This document shows positions 15,049 to 24,094 of a stretch of 31,476 bases of DNA, piece by piece (within the stretch, counting starts at the first letter, position 1; the number at the start of each line of letters is the position of its first letter). A program made the position numbers and the translations under genes. The notes below the pieces were generated by a model that was not told where the DNA came from, searched no databases, and saw only the letters and a list, made by a program, of their open reading frames with translations. The stretch is from Pseudomonadota bacterium (lineage in GTDB: Bacteria; Bdellovibrionota_B; Oligoflexia; Silvanigrellales; Silvanigrellaceae), in the NCBI GenBank assembly GCA_039799905.1, contig JBDLRP010000043.1:1-31476 (forward strand). Reading direction: 5' to 3'.

Positions 15049-17796
15049 ATGTTCGATCAGCTCATCTCGCGTGACTGGGCCGACCGCATTGTACATGCGC
15101 ACGATGCCAGCGTTTACCGCATGATTCCGCGCTCTGTGGCACGTCCGCGGTCGATCGATGATGTGCGGGTCCTGCTTACGGCCGCGCGCGAAGAACACAC
15201 CGGACTGACGTTTCGCACTGGCGGTACGAGTTTATCGGGGCAGGCTGTCACCAACGGAATTCTCGTTGTACTTGCGAGCGGCTGGGATAAGTTTTCGGTC
15301 GAGCAGGATGGTTTGTTCCTAACTTGTGGCCCCGCCCTGCGAGGAGCAGTTGCTAATGCGGCACTTGCACGTCACGGACGCCGCATTGGACCAGACCCCG
15401 CATCCATTCAGGCCGCTTGTCTGGGCGGAATTGTCGCCAACAACGCGAGTGGAATGTGCTGCGGGATTGAAGAGAATTCCTATCAAACCATCGCCGGAAT
15501 GAAAGTGTTGCTTGCTTCCGGAACACTTTTGGATACGCGCAGAGCGGATTGCGAGGAAGTTTTTCGCTCGTCTGAACCCGCTCTCTACTCTGGCCTTCTG
15601 CGCTTGCGCGACAAGATTCGCGCCTCAGCTCCGCTTGTCGACCTCATCCGCCGCAAGGCATCGGGTAAAAACACAACCGGCTACACCCTACAGGCTTTTT
15701 TGGATCACAGCACGGCAAGCGACATTCTCACTCATCTGCTTGTCGGCTCGGAGGGCACGCTCGGATTTATTGCCGAGATCTCTATGCGAACAGTGCCTTT
15801 GCGTCCACACCGCGCGAGTGCCTTGCTGTCGTTCGATTCGCTTGAGTCTGCCTGTGAAGTGACTCCTCGTTTGCGCGAACTGGGATTCAGCGCTGTTGAA
15901 CTTCTCGATTACGCTTCTATTCAGGCCATCCGCGACTATCCGCAGCTGCCAAAATTCCTTGCCGAGATGCAAAGAGAGGGCGCTTGTTTGCTTGTGCAGG
16001 CACAGGAGAACGACGACGGTGCGCTTAAGGCTGTGCTTGCAGATGCCGGAGAAATATCCGCATGGCGGCAGATCCAAAATCGCACCGATTTTTTTTCCGA
16101 CAACCGGCGTCAGGCTGAACTGTGGGACTTGCGTAAGGGGATTTTTCCAGCCGTCGGAGCGCGCCGTGCGAGTGGAACTTCCGTCATCATCGAAGATGTT
16201 GCGTTTCAGCTGCGTGATCTTGCCGAGGGAACAAAGGCTCTGCGCTCGCTTCTGAACCATTACGATTATCAGGATGCTGTCATTTATGGACACGCACGCG
16301 ACGGCAATCTGCACTTTATCCTGTCGCAAAATTTTGCCGAAATGGCGGAAGTACGCAGATACGAGCGTTTCATTGATGACATGGTTGAGTGTGTTGTGGG
16401 ACGGTTTGGCGGCGCACTGAAGGCCGAACACGGAACGGGTAGAAACATGGCACCCTTCGTTGAAAGGGAATGGGGCAGTGAGGCCTACTGCGTGATGCGT
16501 GAAATAAAAACGCTGCTCGACCCTGAAAACATTCTCAATCCGGGGGTTCTGCTCAATTCCAACCCGCGAGTGCATTTGGAAAACCTGAAGCAAACTCCGC
16601 TTGCTGATCCGGAGATTGATGCGTGCATAGAGTGCGGATTTTGTGAGCCTGTCTGCCCGAGTCAGGGGCTGACACTTTCGCCGCGCGGACGCATCGTCTT
16701 GCAGCGTGAAAAAATGATGAACCCTGCCGGACCGGCTGCCGATTCGCAGGCTGTCGAATATTCACAGATTTCGACCTGTGCGGCGGATGGACTCTGTGCA
16801 AAGGCCTGTCCGGTCGGAATCAACACGGGTACTTGGGTGAAAAAAGTGCGCGCTGAGAACGCGAGCCGCGCTCAAAAAATGCTCGCAGGATTGCTTGCAG
16901 ATGAATTGCCGGCCGTTGAAAAATCAATGAGTTTTTCTCTTCAGACGTTGAAGAAAACGGGCGAAATATTGGGCGCCACAAGGCTTTCCTCAGCCACGAG
17001 GGCATTGAATTCCGCGCTTGGATTGCCGGTGTGGTCGCAGCACATGGCCGGAGGTTCGCCAGCCCTGATCGAGAAATCCGCCGTTGAGGGTGAGATTGTT
17101 CTCTTGCGCTCGTGTGTGACCCGCACGATGGGCGGTGGCGGCGAAGATGCCCTACTGGTGTGTGCCCAGCGGGCAGGAGTCGTCCTGACTGTGGTCAGCG
17201 AGGCTGGCATATGCTGCGGCCAGCCTTGGAGTTCCAAAGGATTTTCCGAGCAAGCGCAAAATAAACTCGGCGAATGGATCGACCGCTGTTTTGAGTTGAC
17301 GCAGCAAGGTGCCTTGCCGTTGGTTGTGGACAACAGCCCGTGCGCATTTGCACCTTTTGAAGAAGCGCACGGACTCAGCGAGGAATTACGACAAAAACTC
17401 AATCGCTTGCAGATTTGGGATCCGGTTGACCTCGCGCTGCATCTTGCGCGCAGGTTGCCTCTGACACCCTCGATAGAGGCGATGCGCTTCTTTCCGGTGT
17501 GTTCACAAACCAAGTCCGGCCGAGCCGACCGATTCGAAGAACTGGCGCGCATGCTCTGTAAAAATCCGGTTTTCCCTTTGCAGTCTTCGTGCTGTGGAAT
17601 GGCCGGCGACCGCGGCTTGTGGTTTCCCGAACTCAGCGCCAATGCGACTGCGAAAATGCAATGGGCAGGAGAGGGCGAAACCCGTGGCTACTGCACGAGC
17701 CGCACTTGCGAAATTTCACTGTCTCAGTCAGGAATCAATTTTGAATCGGTTTACGTCGCGCTGGAAACAGCTTCACGCACTTCACCCTCAGGTTGA
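15049..17796 (+). CDS. FAD-binding and 4Fe-4S/CCG-domain oxidoreductase (Dld-II-type D-lactate dehydrogenase)
   Basis: FRTGGTSLSGQA, GPDPAS, VGSEGTLG, GHARDGNLHF, ALKAEHGTGRNM, CIECGFCEPVCP, CAADGLCAKACP, two CCG motifs. Confidence 0.92.
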   Translation: MFDQLISRDWADRIVHAHDASVYRMIPRSVARPRSIDDVRVLLTAAREEHTGLTFRTGGTSLSGQAVTNGILVVLASGWDKFSVEQDGLFLTCGPALRGAVANAALARHGRRIGPDPASIQAACLGGIVANNASGMCCGIEENSYQTIAGMKVLLASGTLLDTRRADCEEVFRSSEPALYSGLLRLRDKIRASAPLVDLIRRKASGKNTTGYTLQAFLDHSTASDILTHLLVGSEGTLGFIAEISMRTVPLRPHRASALLSFDSLESACEVTPRLRELGFSAVELLDYASIQAIRDYPQLPKFLAEMQREGACLLVQAQENDDGALKAVLADAGEISAWRQIQNRTDFFSDNRRQAELWDLRKGIFPAVGARRASGTSVIIEDVAFQLRDLAEGTKALRSLLNHYDYQDAVIYGHARDGNLHFILSQNFAEMAEVRRYERFIDDMVECVVGRFGGALKAEHGTGRNMAPFVEREWGSEAYCVMREIKTLLDPENILNPGVLLNSNPRVHLENLKQTPLADPEIDACIECGFCEPVCPSQGLTLSPRGRIVLQREKMMNPAGPAADSQAVEYSQISTCAADGLCAKACPVGINTGTWVKKVRAENASRAQKMLAGLLADELPAVEKSMSFSLQTLKKTGEILGATRLSSATRALNSALGLPVWSQHMAGGSPALIEKSAVEGEIVLLRSCVTRTMGGGGEDALLVCAQRAGVVLTVVSEAGICCGQPWSSKGFSEQAQNKLGEWIDRCFELTQQGALPLVVDNSPCAFAPFEEAHGLSEELRQKLNRLQIWDPVDLALHLARRLPLTPSIEAMRFFPVCSQTKSGRADRFEELARMLCKNPVFPLQSSCCGMAGDRGLWFPELSANATAKMQWAGEGETRGYCTSRTCEISLSQSGINFESVYVALETASRTSPSG

Positions 17797-19019
17797 GCTC
17801 TGTTGCGCAGCAGCAGCGGAATCATCGCCATCCCCGGCAACGCGACCAATGTGCAGATGACAAAGAACCATGTGTAACCAGTGCTCTCGGCAACAGCTCC
17901 GGCGGGAGCCGCGACAATCACGCGCGGAATTCCCATGAAGCTCGAGAGCAGTGCGTATTGCGTGGCCGTGTAGCGGATGTTCGTCAGAGATGCCATGAAT
18001 GCCGTGAAGGCGGCCGTTCCCAATCCACTCGAGAGGTTTTCGAATCCAATCACAACGCCCAGCAGCGTCAGATTGTGCTCGTAGACACTCAGAATTGAGA
18101 AACCGAGGGTAGAAATCATCTGCAGAATTCCAAAAATCCACAGCGAGCGCATCAGACTGAGCTTGAGCATCATGATTCCACCAAGGATTCCTCCACCGAT
18201 GGTTGCCCAGAAGCCGATGCCTTTGACGATGAGTGCGATCTCACTTTTTGTGTATTTGAGATCCAGGTAGAGCGGCATCGTCATGTTGGAGGCGACCTGA
18301 TCGCCAACTTTGTAAAAGAAGATGAACAACAGGCAGATAATAGCTCCGTCGCGTTTGAAGTAATCGACGAGCGGCGCAATCACTGCTTCCTTCATGCTCG
18401 GACGGGTGACGACGACTTCTTTGGGTTCAAAGGCAAAGAGTGTCACTGCACAGCCCGCGGCCATGACGGCTCCCATACTCAGGTAGACCTGCCCCCAGCT
18501 CAGGATGTCGGCCAGTGCCAGTGCGCCTGCGCCTGAGATGAGCATTCCCACCCGGTATCCCGAAACATAAAGTGAGCTGCCAAGACCCAATTCATCTTCG
18601 CTCATCGATTCGCGGCGGTAGGCATCGATGACGATGTCCTGCGAGGCGCTGAAGAACGACATCACCAGCGCAGCAAAAGAGATGACCAAAAATTTGCTTT
18701 CTGCTTCGACAGCATCCAACTGCGACATGATCACAAGAACCAGAGCGCAGAGCAGCTGGGTTGTCAGCAGCCAGCCACGCCTGCGGCCGAGGAATGGAAG
18801 GCGCAGCTGATCAAAAAGCGGCGACCAGAGAAATTTGAGAGTGTAGGGGAGTCCAACGAGACTGAGCGCACCAAGAGTAGTTAGATTTGCACCGCTGTTC
18901 TTGAGCCATGCCTGCAGAGTCGAGCCGGTCAGCAAGAGTGGCAGACCACCAGTCAGACCCATGCCAAAGGCAATCAACATCCGTCGGGAAAAGATGCGCG
19001 AAAGAAATGATGCACTCAT
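17751..19019 (-). CDS. ampG: AmpG-family muropeptide MFS permease
   Basis: GLPLLLTGSTLQAWL, LPYTLKFLWSPLFD, LGRRRGWLL, SASQDIVIDAYRRE, GYRVGM, YTATQYALLSS. Confidence 0.95.
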   Translation of the reverse strand: MSASFLSRIFSRRMLIAFGMGLTGGLPLLLTGSTLQAWLKNSGANLTTLGALSLVGLPYTLKFLWSPLFDQLRLPFLGRRRGWLLTTQLLCALVLVIMSQLDAVEAESKFLVISFAALVMSFFSASQDIVIDAYRRESMSEDELGLGSSLYVSGYRVGMLISGAGALALADILSWGQVYLSMGAVMAAGCAVTLFAFEPKEVVVTRPSMKEAVIAPLVDYFKRDGAIICLLFIFFYKVGDQVASNMTMPLYLDLKYTKSEIALIVKGIGFWATIGGGILGGIMMLKLSLMRSLWIFGILQMISTLGFSILSVYEHNLTLLGVVIGFENLSSGLGTAAFTAFMASLTNIRYTATQYALLSSFMGIPRVIVAAPAGAVAESTGYTWFFVICTLVALPGMAMIPLLLRNRAQPEGEVREAVSSAT

Positions 19020-19046
19020 GGGACCTCCTCAGGCGGCGACCGATCG

Positions 19047-20714
19047 TCAGCGCTGTGTGTAGGCACGTGTCTCGTAAGAACCTTTGGTGGCATGGGCAGA
19101 AGTGAAAACTGAATTGTCGTGCGCCAAGGCTGCCGTGCGTTTGAGCGACTCAAAAACCTTCAGCACCACAGGTTCGCTGACCTCGGCGGTTTCGAGCTCC
19201 ACAAAGCATTGCAAACATATATCGTCATAGCTGAAATTTTTGATGCCCTCACGGTTGAGCAGCAGCTGTACGTAACGGATGGTGCGGTCGATGAGCTTGA
19301 AGTTGCTCGGGCGCACGCAGGTCATTACATTGCCGTGATAACGGCCAAGCCGTCCCATGACCAAAGTGGAATGCATGTTCAGAAGCATTTTCAGCATCAG
19401 ATGTTCATTGAGCAAAGACATTCCCTGCTGCGGAAAAGCAGCCGACAAATTTTCGAATTCGAACTCAACGCCGCGCTGGGAGCGGAAAATCCGGAAGCTC
19501 TTTTGTACAACGTTCGCTCTGACGGAGTGCCGCCATGCAGGGAGTGTCGATGAAAAGTCATATCCTTCAAGACGCGCCGGCCCGCCGATGGTGTTGTAGT
19601 CCGTCCAGCCGACGAGCGGCCGTGGTGCTCTTTTGAGCAGATGATTCCATGCGGCACCAGCTGTCTGTGTCGAGGGAATGCAAAGGTAACAGAGGCTCGC
19701 AGGAGCTCCCTGATCGGCACGATTCTCGAATGCGGCAAGGCTGAACGTTGGAGAGCGCTCGGTCGTGTCGGTAATAACCGTGATGCCATATTCGTCGGTG
19801 GAATAAATCAACGTTTCACTTCTTTTATAGGACTCGCTCTCCGCAATAATAAAGGGAGCCAGCTGCGCGACATCGAGGGCACCCTGATGTTCCAGCAGTG
19901 CTTCGATGGATTCTTCAATGGAGTCGAAGGATGGATGCTGCTTGAGCGTTTCAAAGAGTGCCGTTCCGGCGGCAAGCATCAGCACCGTGCTGGCCTGCAT
20001 GCGAGTGCTTCCCGAAATCGCCATTGGGCCTACGGTCAAGTTTAGTTTGGTGAGTCGCGGATTGTAAATTGCCTTTTGGCAGCGCTCGAGTTTTTCAACA
20101 AGCATTTCTTCGGGATTGCAGAACAGGAACCAGTGGTTCTGTTCGGACAATTCAGGAGCACGCAAAGCGGCACCGATCACGTAAGGAGTTTCTCCACCTT
20201 CGGTGGAGGCCACGAGAAGGTCGCCCTGCTCAAATCCAGCTTCATCGAGCATGCGCGCGCCGAATTCTGGATGGTCCTCAAAATTCTCGATCGAGCGCAC
20301 CAATGCGACGTCGCCGCCGGCCATCAGCGAGCGGACTCTGTCCGACCATGGATGATTCTCCCCGAGCTGCTCCCTCCAGAGAACTTCAAGACTGAGCGAA
20401 AGTCGGCCTGTGGCGCCGCAGCCCACAAAATAAATGCGCTTGCCGTTGCTGAGCGTCTGCTGCATTGCAAGGGCCAGTTTGAGAATTTCACCGGCACGCT
20501 TGAGTGTGAGCCGTAGAGCATCACAGTCGACCTCGCGCATGACTCTCAGTGCATGCGGAAGGTTGTTGTGTGCCCAATCAGATAAACTCAGTGTTTTGGG
20601 ATGCTGCGATTCGGTGGGAAGATCGCCCAGCCTGAACTGCGGGGCGATGGCAAGAAAATCATCTGCTTTTTGCTTTGCGTTCAGAACGAGCTGCTGTTGC
20701 TGATTTGTTTTCAT
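19047..20714 (-). CDS. Two-SIS-domain MurQ/glucokinase-regulatory-protein-like protein
   Basis: LPTE, GCGATGRLS, AGGDVALVRSIENFED, GGETPYV, VGPMAISGSTRM, DTTERSPTF, LNMHSTLVMGRLGRYHGNVM..SNFKLIDR; 555 aa versus ~300 aa for MurQ. Confidence 0.85.
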   Translation of the reverse strand: MKTNQQQQLVLNAKQKADDFLAIAPQFRLGDLPTESQHPKTLSLSDWAHNNLPHALRVMREVDCDALRLTLKRAGEILKLALAMQQTLSNGKRIYFVGCGATGRLSLSLEVLWREQLGENHPWSDRVRSLMAGGDVALVRSIENFEDHPEFGARMLDEAGFEQGDLLVASTEGGETPYVIGAALRAPELSEQNHWFLFCNPEEMLVEKLERCQKAIYNPRLTKLNLTVGPMAISGSTRMQASTVLMLAAGTALFETLKQHPSFDSIEESIEALLEHQGALDVAQLAPFIIAESESYKRSETLIYSTDEYGITVITDTTERSPTFSLAAFENRADQGAPASLCYLCIPSTQTAGAAWNHLLKRAPRPLVGWTDYNTIGGPARLEGYDFSSTLPAWRHSVRANVVQKSFRIFRSQRGVEFEFENLSAAFPQQGMSLLNEHLMLKMLLNMHSTLVMGRLGRYHGNVMTCVRPSNFKLIDRTIRYVQLLLNREGIKNFSYDDICLQCFVELETAEVSEPVVLKVFESLKRTAALAHDNSVFTSAHATKGSYETRAYTQR

Positions 20715-22326
20715 TGTGTTCCAACCACTCCTTCAGCGAGCTGTCGATGTTTGCACCCAGCTGATTGATCCGTTTCGTGTAGCATAGCGTGTTGTCAAAA
20801 CACGGTATCACACGTTCGCCGCTCAGGCGCTCGGCGTCGGTGAACCGGCTGCCGAGGCTTGAATTCAGAACTACAATATACTCGCGCTCGAAGCCGCGCT
20901 CCGACAATCCTTTGACCAATCCTGCGTGACTTCCTGAAACTGAGGTCAAGCCTGTTTTCGAGGCAAACGTCACTTCTGCCTTCTTTTGGCATTCGGCGAT
21001 CTGCTTACTGAAATTATACTCGCCTTTGAGTTCATCCGGTTCAAACACAAACGGAAACGTGCCAACGGGGAGCCTGAGTTGTTGCGCATTCATCCATTTT
21101 TCCGGAACTCGTGCAGGAATGCCAAATACGCCGCCATCCTTTTGGTTGCAGTGCAGCGTGTTGCTCAGAACTTCATGGAAAAGCTGGTTGTCGAGGTTCT
21201 TCCAAAAAGCGGTCTTCACGTCATCAGAAATGCTGAATGGATTCATGTTGAGGCCGTCTTGTCTGGTCCAGCGTGGGCGCTCGGCAATCGGAGTCTTGCG
21301 GTTGGTGCGCATGACCCACAGCATCCGGGCAACATCCCACGAGGGCATCGAGATGTGACTGACGCTGGAGCTGTCTTTCAAATACATTGTATCGCGGTTA
21401 CCCCAGAGTCCATCCTTAGCGCGTGTGCGGTTCATCTGCAGCGAGGCGAGGCCCAATTCTGAAAAGAGGTCGTTGATCTTGTTCACAGTCGGTGGAGCAG
21501 CAGGGTAGCCTGCTTCGTCTTTCAATTCAGACTCAAGGATCTCGCCGTTTTTGTGCAGAAACTGAATCATTGCGGCGGTGGCTTTATTGCCGCTCCACTG
21601 AATCATGGCGTCCAGATATTCACCGATTGTAAGCGTCACATCGTCCTGCACATCGGCGGTTCCAAAATCGTAGGTGAACTTTTGTGTCAGCTGTTTTTCA
21701 AGTGGACCATTTTCCTTAAGGTGCTTGAGCACCCGTGCATGAACAAGCATTTTAAAGATGCTTGCAGGATAGGGGGACATAAAGTTGGTGACTGCGTCCT
21801 CGGACTCGGGATTAATGAGATCCTGCGGCGGAAAAGGCGCTCTCCAAACGTTTGGAGTCGGTTCAAAATACGGAGCTGCTTTAGCAGTTCTACCGCCGTC
21901 AAAACGTTCTTGAGTCCAGCGCTGCAGGCGGATGTTCGAAACCGCGCCTGACTTCTTGTCAAATGTGGCCGCTATGCCTTCGGGGAAATCGCGTGAAAAA
22001 AGAACGTTGCCCCCGACAACGCGATTTTTGCAATTGGGCTGGAAGGCAATCACCGCGAGATCGATTTGCGGAAAACGCTCTTTCCCAATCGCACTGCGTC
22101 CGTGCTTGCATGCGGGTTCCGATGCCGGACAGGCGGATTCTGCGAAGTTTGGACCCAAATCAACGACGTTTTCAAAATCAATTCTGTTGACGGCGCTCTT
22201 CAGAAGTTGAGCAAGTGCATTTTCGTCGAGACACTTTTTCCGCCCTGCGAAGGCGATGGCCGGCACAGTGGAAAAAACAAGAAAGATTGCCGAAGTCAGT
22301 GCACTGCTAAAAAAATGATTGCGCAT
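20659..22326 (-). CDS. Secreted serine hydrolase of the class A beta-lactamase/PBP fold
   Basis: Signal peptide; SxxK in PASIFK, SxN in MIQWSGNKAT, KTG in FASKTG; 555 aa with large insertions. Confidence 0.82.
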   Translation of the reverse strand: MRNHFFSSALTSAIFLVFSTVPAIAFAGRKKCLDENALAQLLKSAVNRIDFENVVDLGPNFAESACPASEPACKHGRSAIGKERFPQIDLAVIAFQPNCKNRVVGGNVLFSRDFPEGIAATFDKKSGAVSNIRLQRWTQERFDGGRTAKAAPYFEPTPNVWRAPFPPQDLINPESEDAVTNFMSPYPASIFKMLVHARVLKHLKENGPLEKQLTQKFTYDFGTADVQDDVTLTIGEYLDAMIQWSGNKATAAMIQFLHKNGEILESELKDEAGYPAAPPTVNKINDLFSELGLASLQMNRTRAKDGLWGNRDTMYLKDSSSVSHISMPSWDVARMLWVMRTNRKTPIAERPRWTRQDGLNMNPFSISDDVKTAFWKNLDNQLFHEVLSNTLHCNQKDGGVFGIPARVPEKWMNAQQLRLPVGTFPFVFEPDELKGEYNFSKQIAECQKKAEVTFASKTGLTSVSGSHAGLVKGLSERGFEREYIVVLNSSLGSRFTDAERLSGERVIPCFDNTLCYTKRINQLGANIDSSLKEWLEHNENKSATAARSERKAKSR

Positions 22327-22383
22327 GGTTGTTCAGCCTGATGTGGAATGAATATGAGAATTCAAGAATCTTGAGGGCGCTGC

Positions 22384-23520
22384 TCAGGGTTTGCAGAACG
22401 CGCCCTTCACGAGGAATGTTTCCAACGCCTTGCTTGCGGCAAAGGTGCGATATTCAAATTCTTTGCTGCGGCGGAACTTGGGCTGTCCGAGGTTGTCGTA
22501 GCCGTTTCCTTCATACGTGCGCCAGTCATAGGGAACCAGTCCGTTCACACCTGAATCGATCAGCGGATTCCGCTGACGGCACTCTTTGAGATACGGATTT
22601 CCGCCGCCCATCGGACCGACGAAAATATCAACGCGGTCAAGTTGAATGGCGCCGCCGATGTCTTGGGCGCACACGTATCCGTCGTGAACTTTTCCATTTG
22701 GAAGAGCAATGCCACGCAAGCGGGGCATGTAGAGAAGTGCACCGATCAGACGCTTTCTCACTTCAACGACCGGAAGCGAACAAAAGTCGAGCTTGGCCTG
22801 CTGGCACAGGTGAACGAAATCGACGGCAACTGAACGGTAGGGATGCAGGCTGTGTCCGAGAATTCCCACTCCAAACGCATTGCTGGGGAGAACTTTGTAG
22901 TCCCAAACTCCGTTGACGTAATTTGCGACGTTCAAAACGCGACCGTCATTGAGTTTGCCCGTTCCTTCCATGTCGAGATCCTCGTGGAACGACTCACTGA
23001 CGTAGGCAATCACTTTTCCTGTGACTGCTTCGATGAGTGGAACAGTTTTCGGACCCGGATGGTAGGCCTCATCGGCGATGTTGTAAAACGTCGGAAAGAG
23101 CATTCCAAGAGAGGTTTTTTCACCATTTTCGTTGCCCTGAGAAAGCATTTCGCCCATCGCGCGCATCGGGACTGCAGCTTCGGATGATGGATTCGGACAG
23201 AGCTCTGATTCCCAATAGATGGGTCTGAGTTTTTGTGACGGATAATAGCAGGTCTTGCCGTTGATTTTGAGTTCAACCGGAGCGGGCTTGTCGAGGGTGG
23301 CGTCGGAGCCGGATGTGCCGACGACCGGTTGTGCATGTAGCACGCTTACGAATTTGTCGGAAGATTCGGGTGACGAGGTGCACGCGCAACCGTCTGGGCT
23401 GTTGGTGCAGTTGATCTTGTAGCGGCCGGAAAAGATTGACGGTGCAGAATGGGCAGTGGTGACGCAGGCCAGAGACATGAACGCAGCCGACAAAGTGACG
23501 AACTGAAACTGAATCTTCAT
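22384..23520 (-). CDS. Exported 3D-domain (MltA-related) putative lytic transglycosylase
   Basis: TFYN, MEGTGKL, HPYRSVAVD, AQDIGGAI, RVDIFVG (three Asp of the 3D domain); N-terminal signal/lipobox SLAC. Confidence 0.82.
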   Translation of the reverse strand: MKIQFQFVTLSAAFMSLACVTTAHSAPSIFSGRYKINCTNSPDGCACTSSPESSDKFVSVLHAQPVVGTSGSDATLDKPAPVELKINGKTCYYPSQKLRPIYWESELCPNPSSEAAVPMRAMGEMLSQGNENGEKTSLGMLFPTFYNIADEAYHPGPKTVPLIEAVTGKVIAYVSESFHEDLDMEGTGKLNDGRVLNVANYVNGVWDYKVLPSNAFGVGILGHSLHPYRSVAVDFVHLCQQAKLDFCSLPVVEVRKRLIGALLYMPRLRGIALPNGKVHDGYVCAQDIGGAIQLDRVDIFVGPMGGGNPYLKECRQRNPLIDSGVNGLVPYDWRTYEGNGYDNLGQPKFRRSKEFEYRTFAASKALETFLVKGAFCKP

Positions 23521-23551
23521 GTGCCAGTCTTTCTGTGAGAATGGATATGGA

Positions 23552-24094
23552 TCAGAGTGCTTTTCCCATCAAAAGCAGAGAGCTCTCCTTCCAGATCGTG
23601 GTTTTGGTGAATTTATAGCCATTTTTGTCGTAAAAGCCAACATTGCGAGCATCCGGAGAGGTTACGAGGTGAACCCCGCAAGTTCCCTGTGCCCGCAGGT
23701 GGTTCTCAAACAAGTTGAGAAGTGTACTGCCGAGCCCGCGTCCCCGTGCAGATTCGCTGCAGTTGATGTGCAGGTGCGCGGGGTAGGTGTCATAGCAGTC
23801 TTCAAAATTATGGAACCAAGGATGCAGCTCCTGCAATTCAGGGTGAATGCGCGAATCCGGTACACCGCAGATATAGCCGAGCACATCGTTGTTTTTCTCG
23901 AATGCGATAAAAAAGCATGCAGGGTGGTGCTTGCTGTACCAGTCGAGGTATTTGAACTTGAATACTTCGCGTTCTTCGGGTGTTTTGAAGGTTTTCTTGG
24001 TCGACGATTCGAAAAACACCTTCTCCACACCGCTCCAGATGCGGCCCTTTTCGGCCGAGGGTCCGAGGTTCAGCAGAGTTTTCATTTGAATCAT
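23552..24094 (-). CDS. GNAT N-acetyltransferase
   Basis: LGYICG, YPAHLHIN, ARGRGLGSTL (AcCoA motif A), GVHL, FYDKNGY; ATGA overlap with LysR. Confidence 0.9.
   Translation of the reverse strand: MIQMKTLLNLGPSAEKGRIWSGVEKVFFESSTKKTFKTPEEREVFKFKYLDWYSKHHPACFFIAFEKNNDVLGYICGVPDSRIHPELQELHPWFHNFEDCYDTYPAHLHINCSESARGRGLGSTLLNLFENHLRAQGTCGVHLVTSPDARNVGFYDKNGYKFTKTTIWKESSLLLMGKAL

Noticed and set aside
15688..16593. 301-aa minus-strand ORF
   Set aside because: Antisense shadow of the FAD/Fe-S dehydrogenase.
17751..17796. 46-nt convergent overlap of the dehydrogenase and ampG as antisense regulation
   Set aside because: Similar tail-to-tail overlaps occur at 14253-14279 and 29681-29684; best explained by genome compaction.
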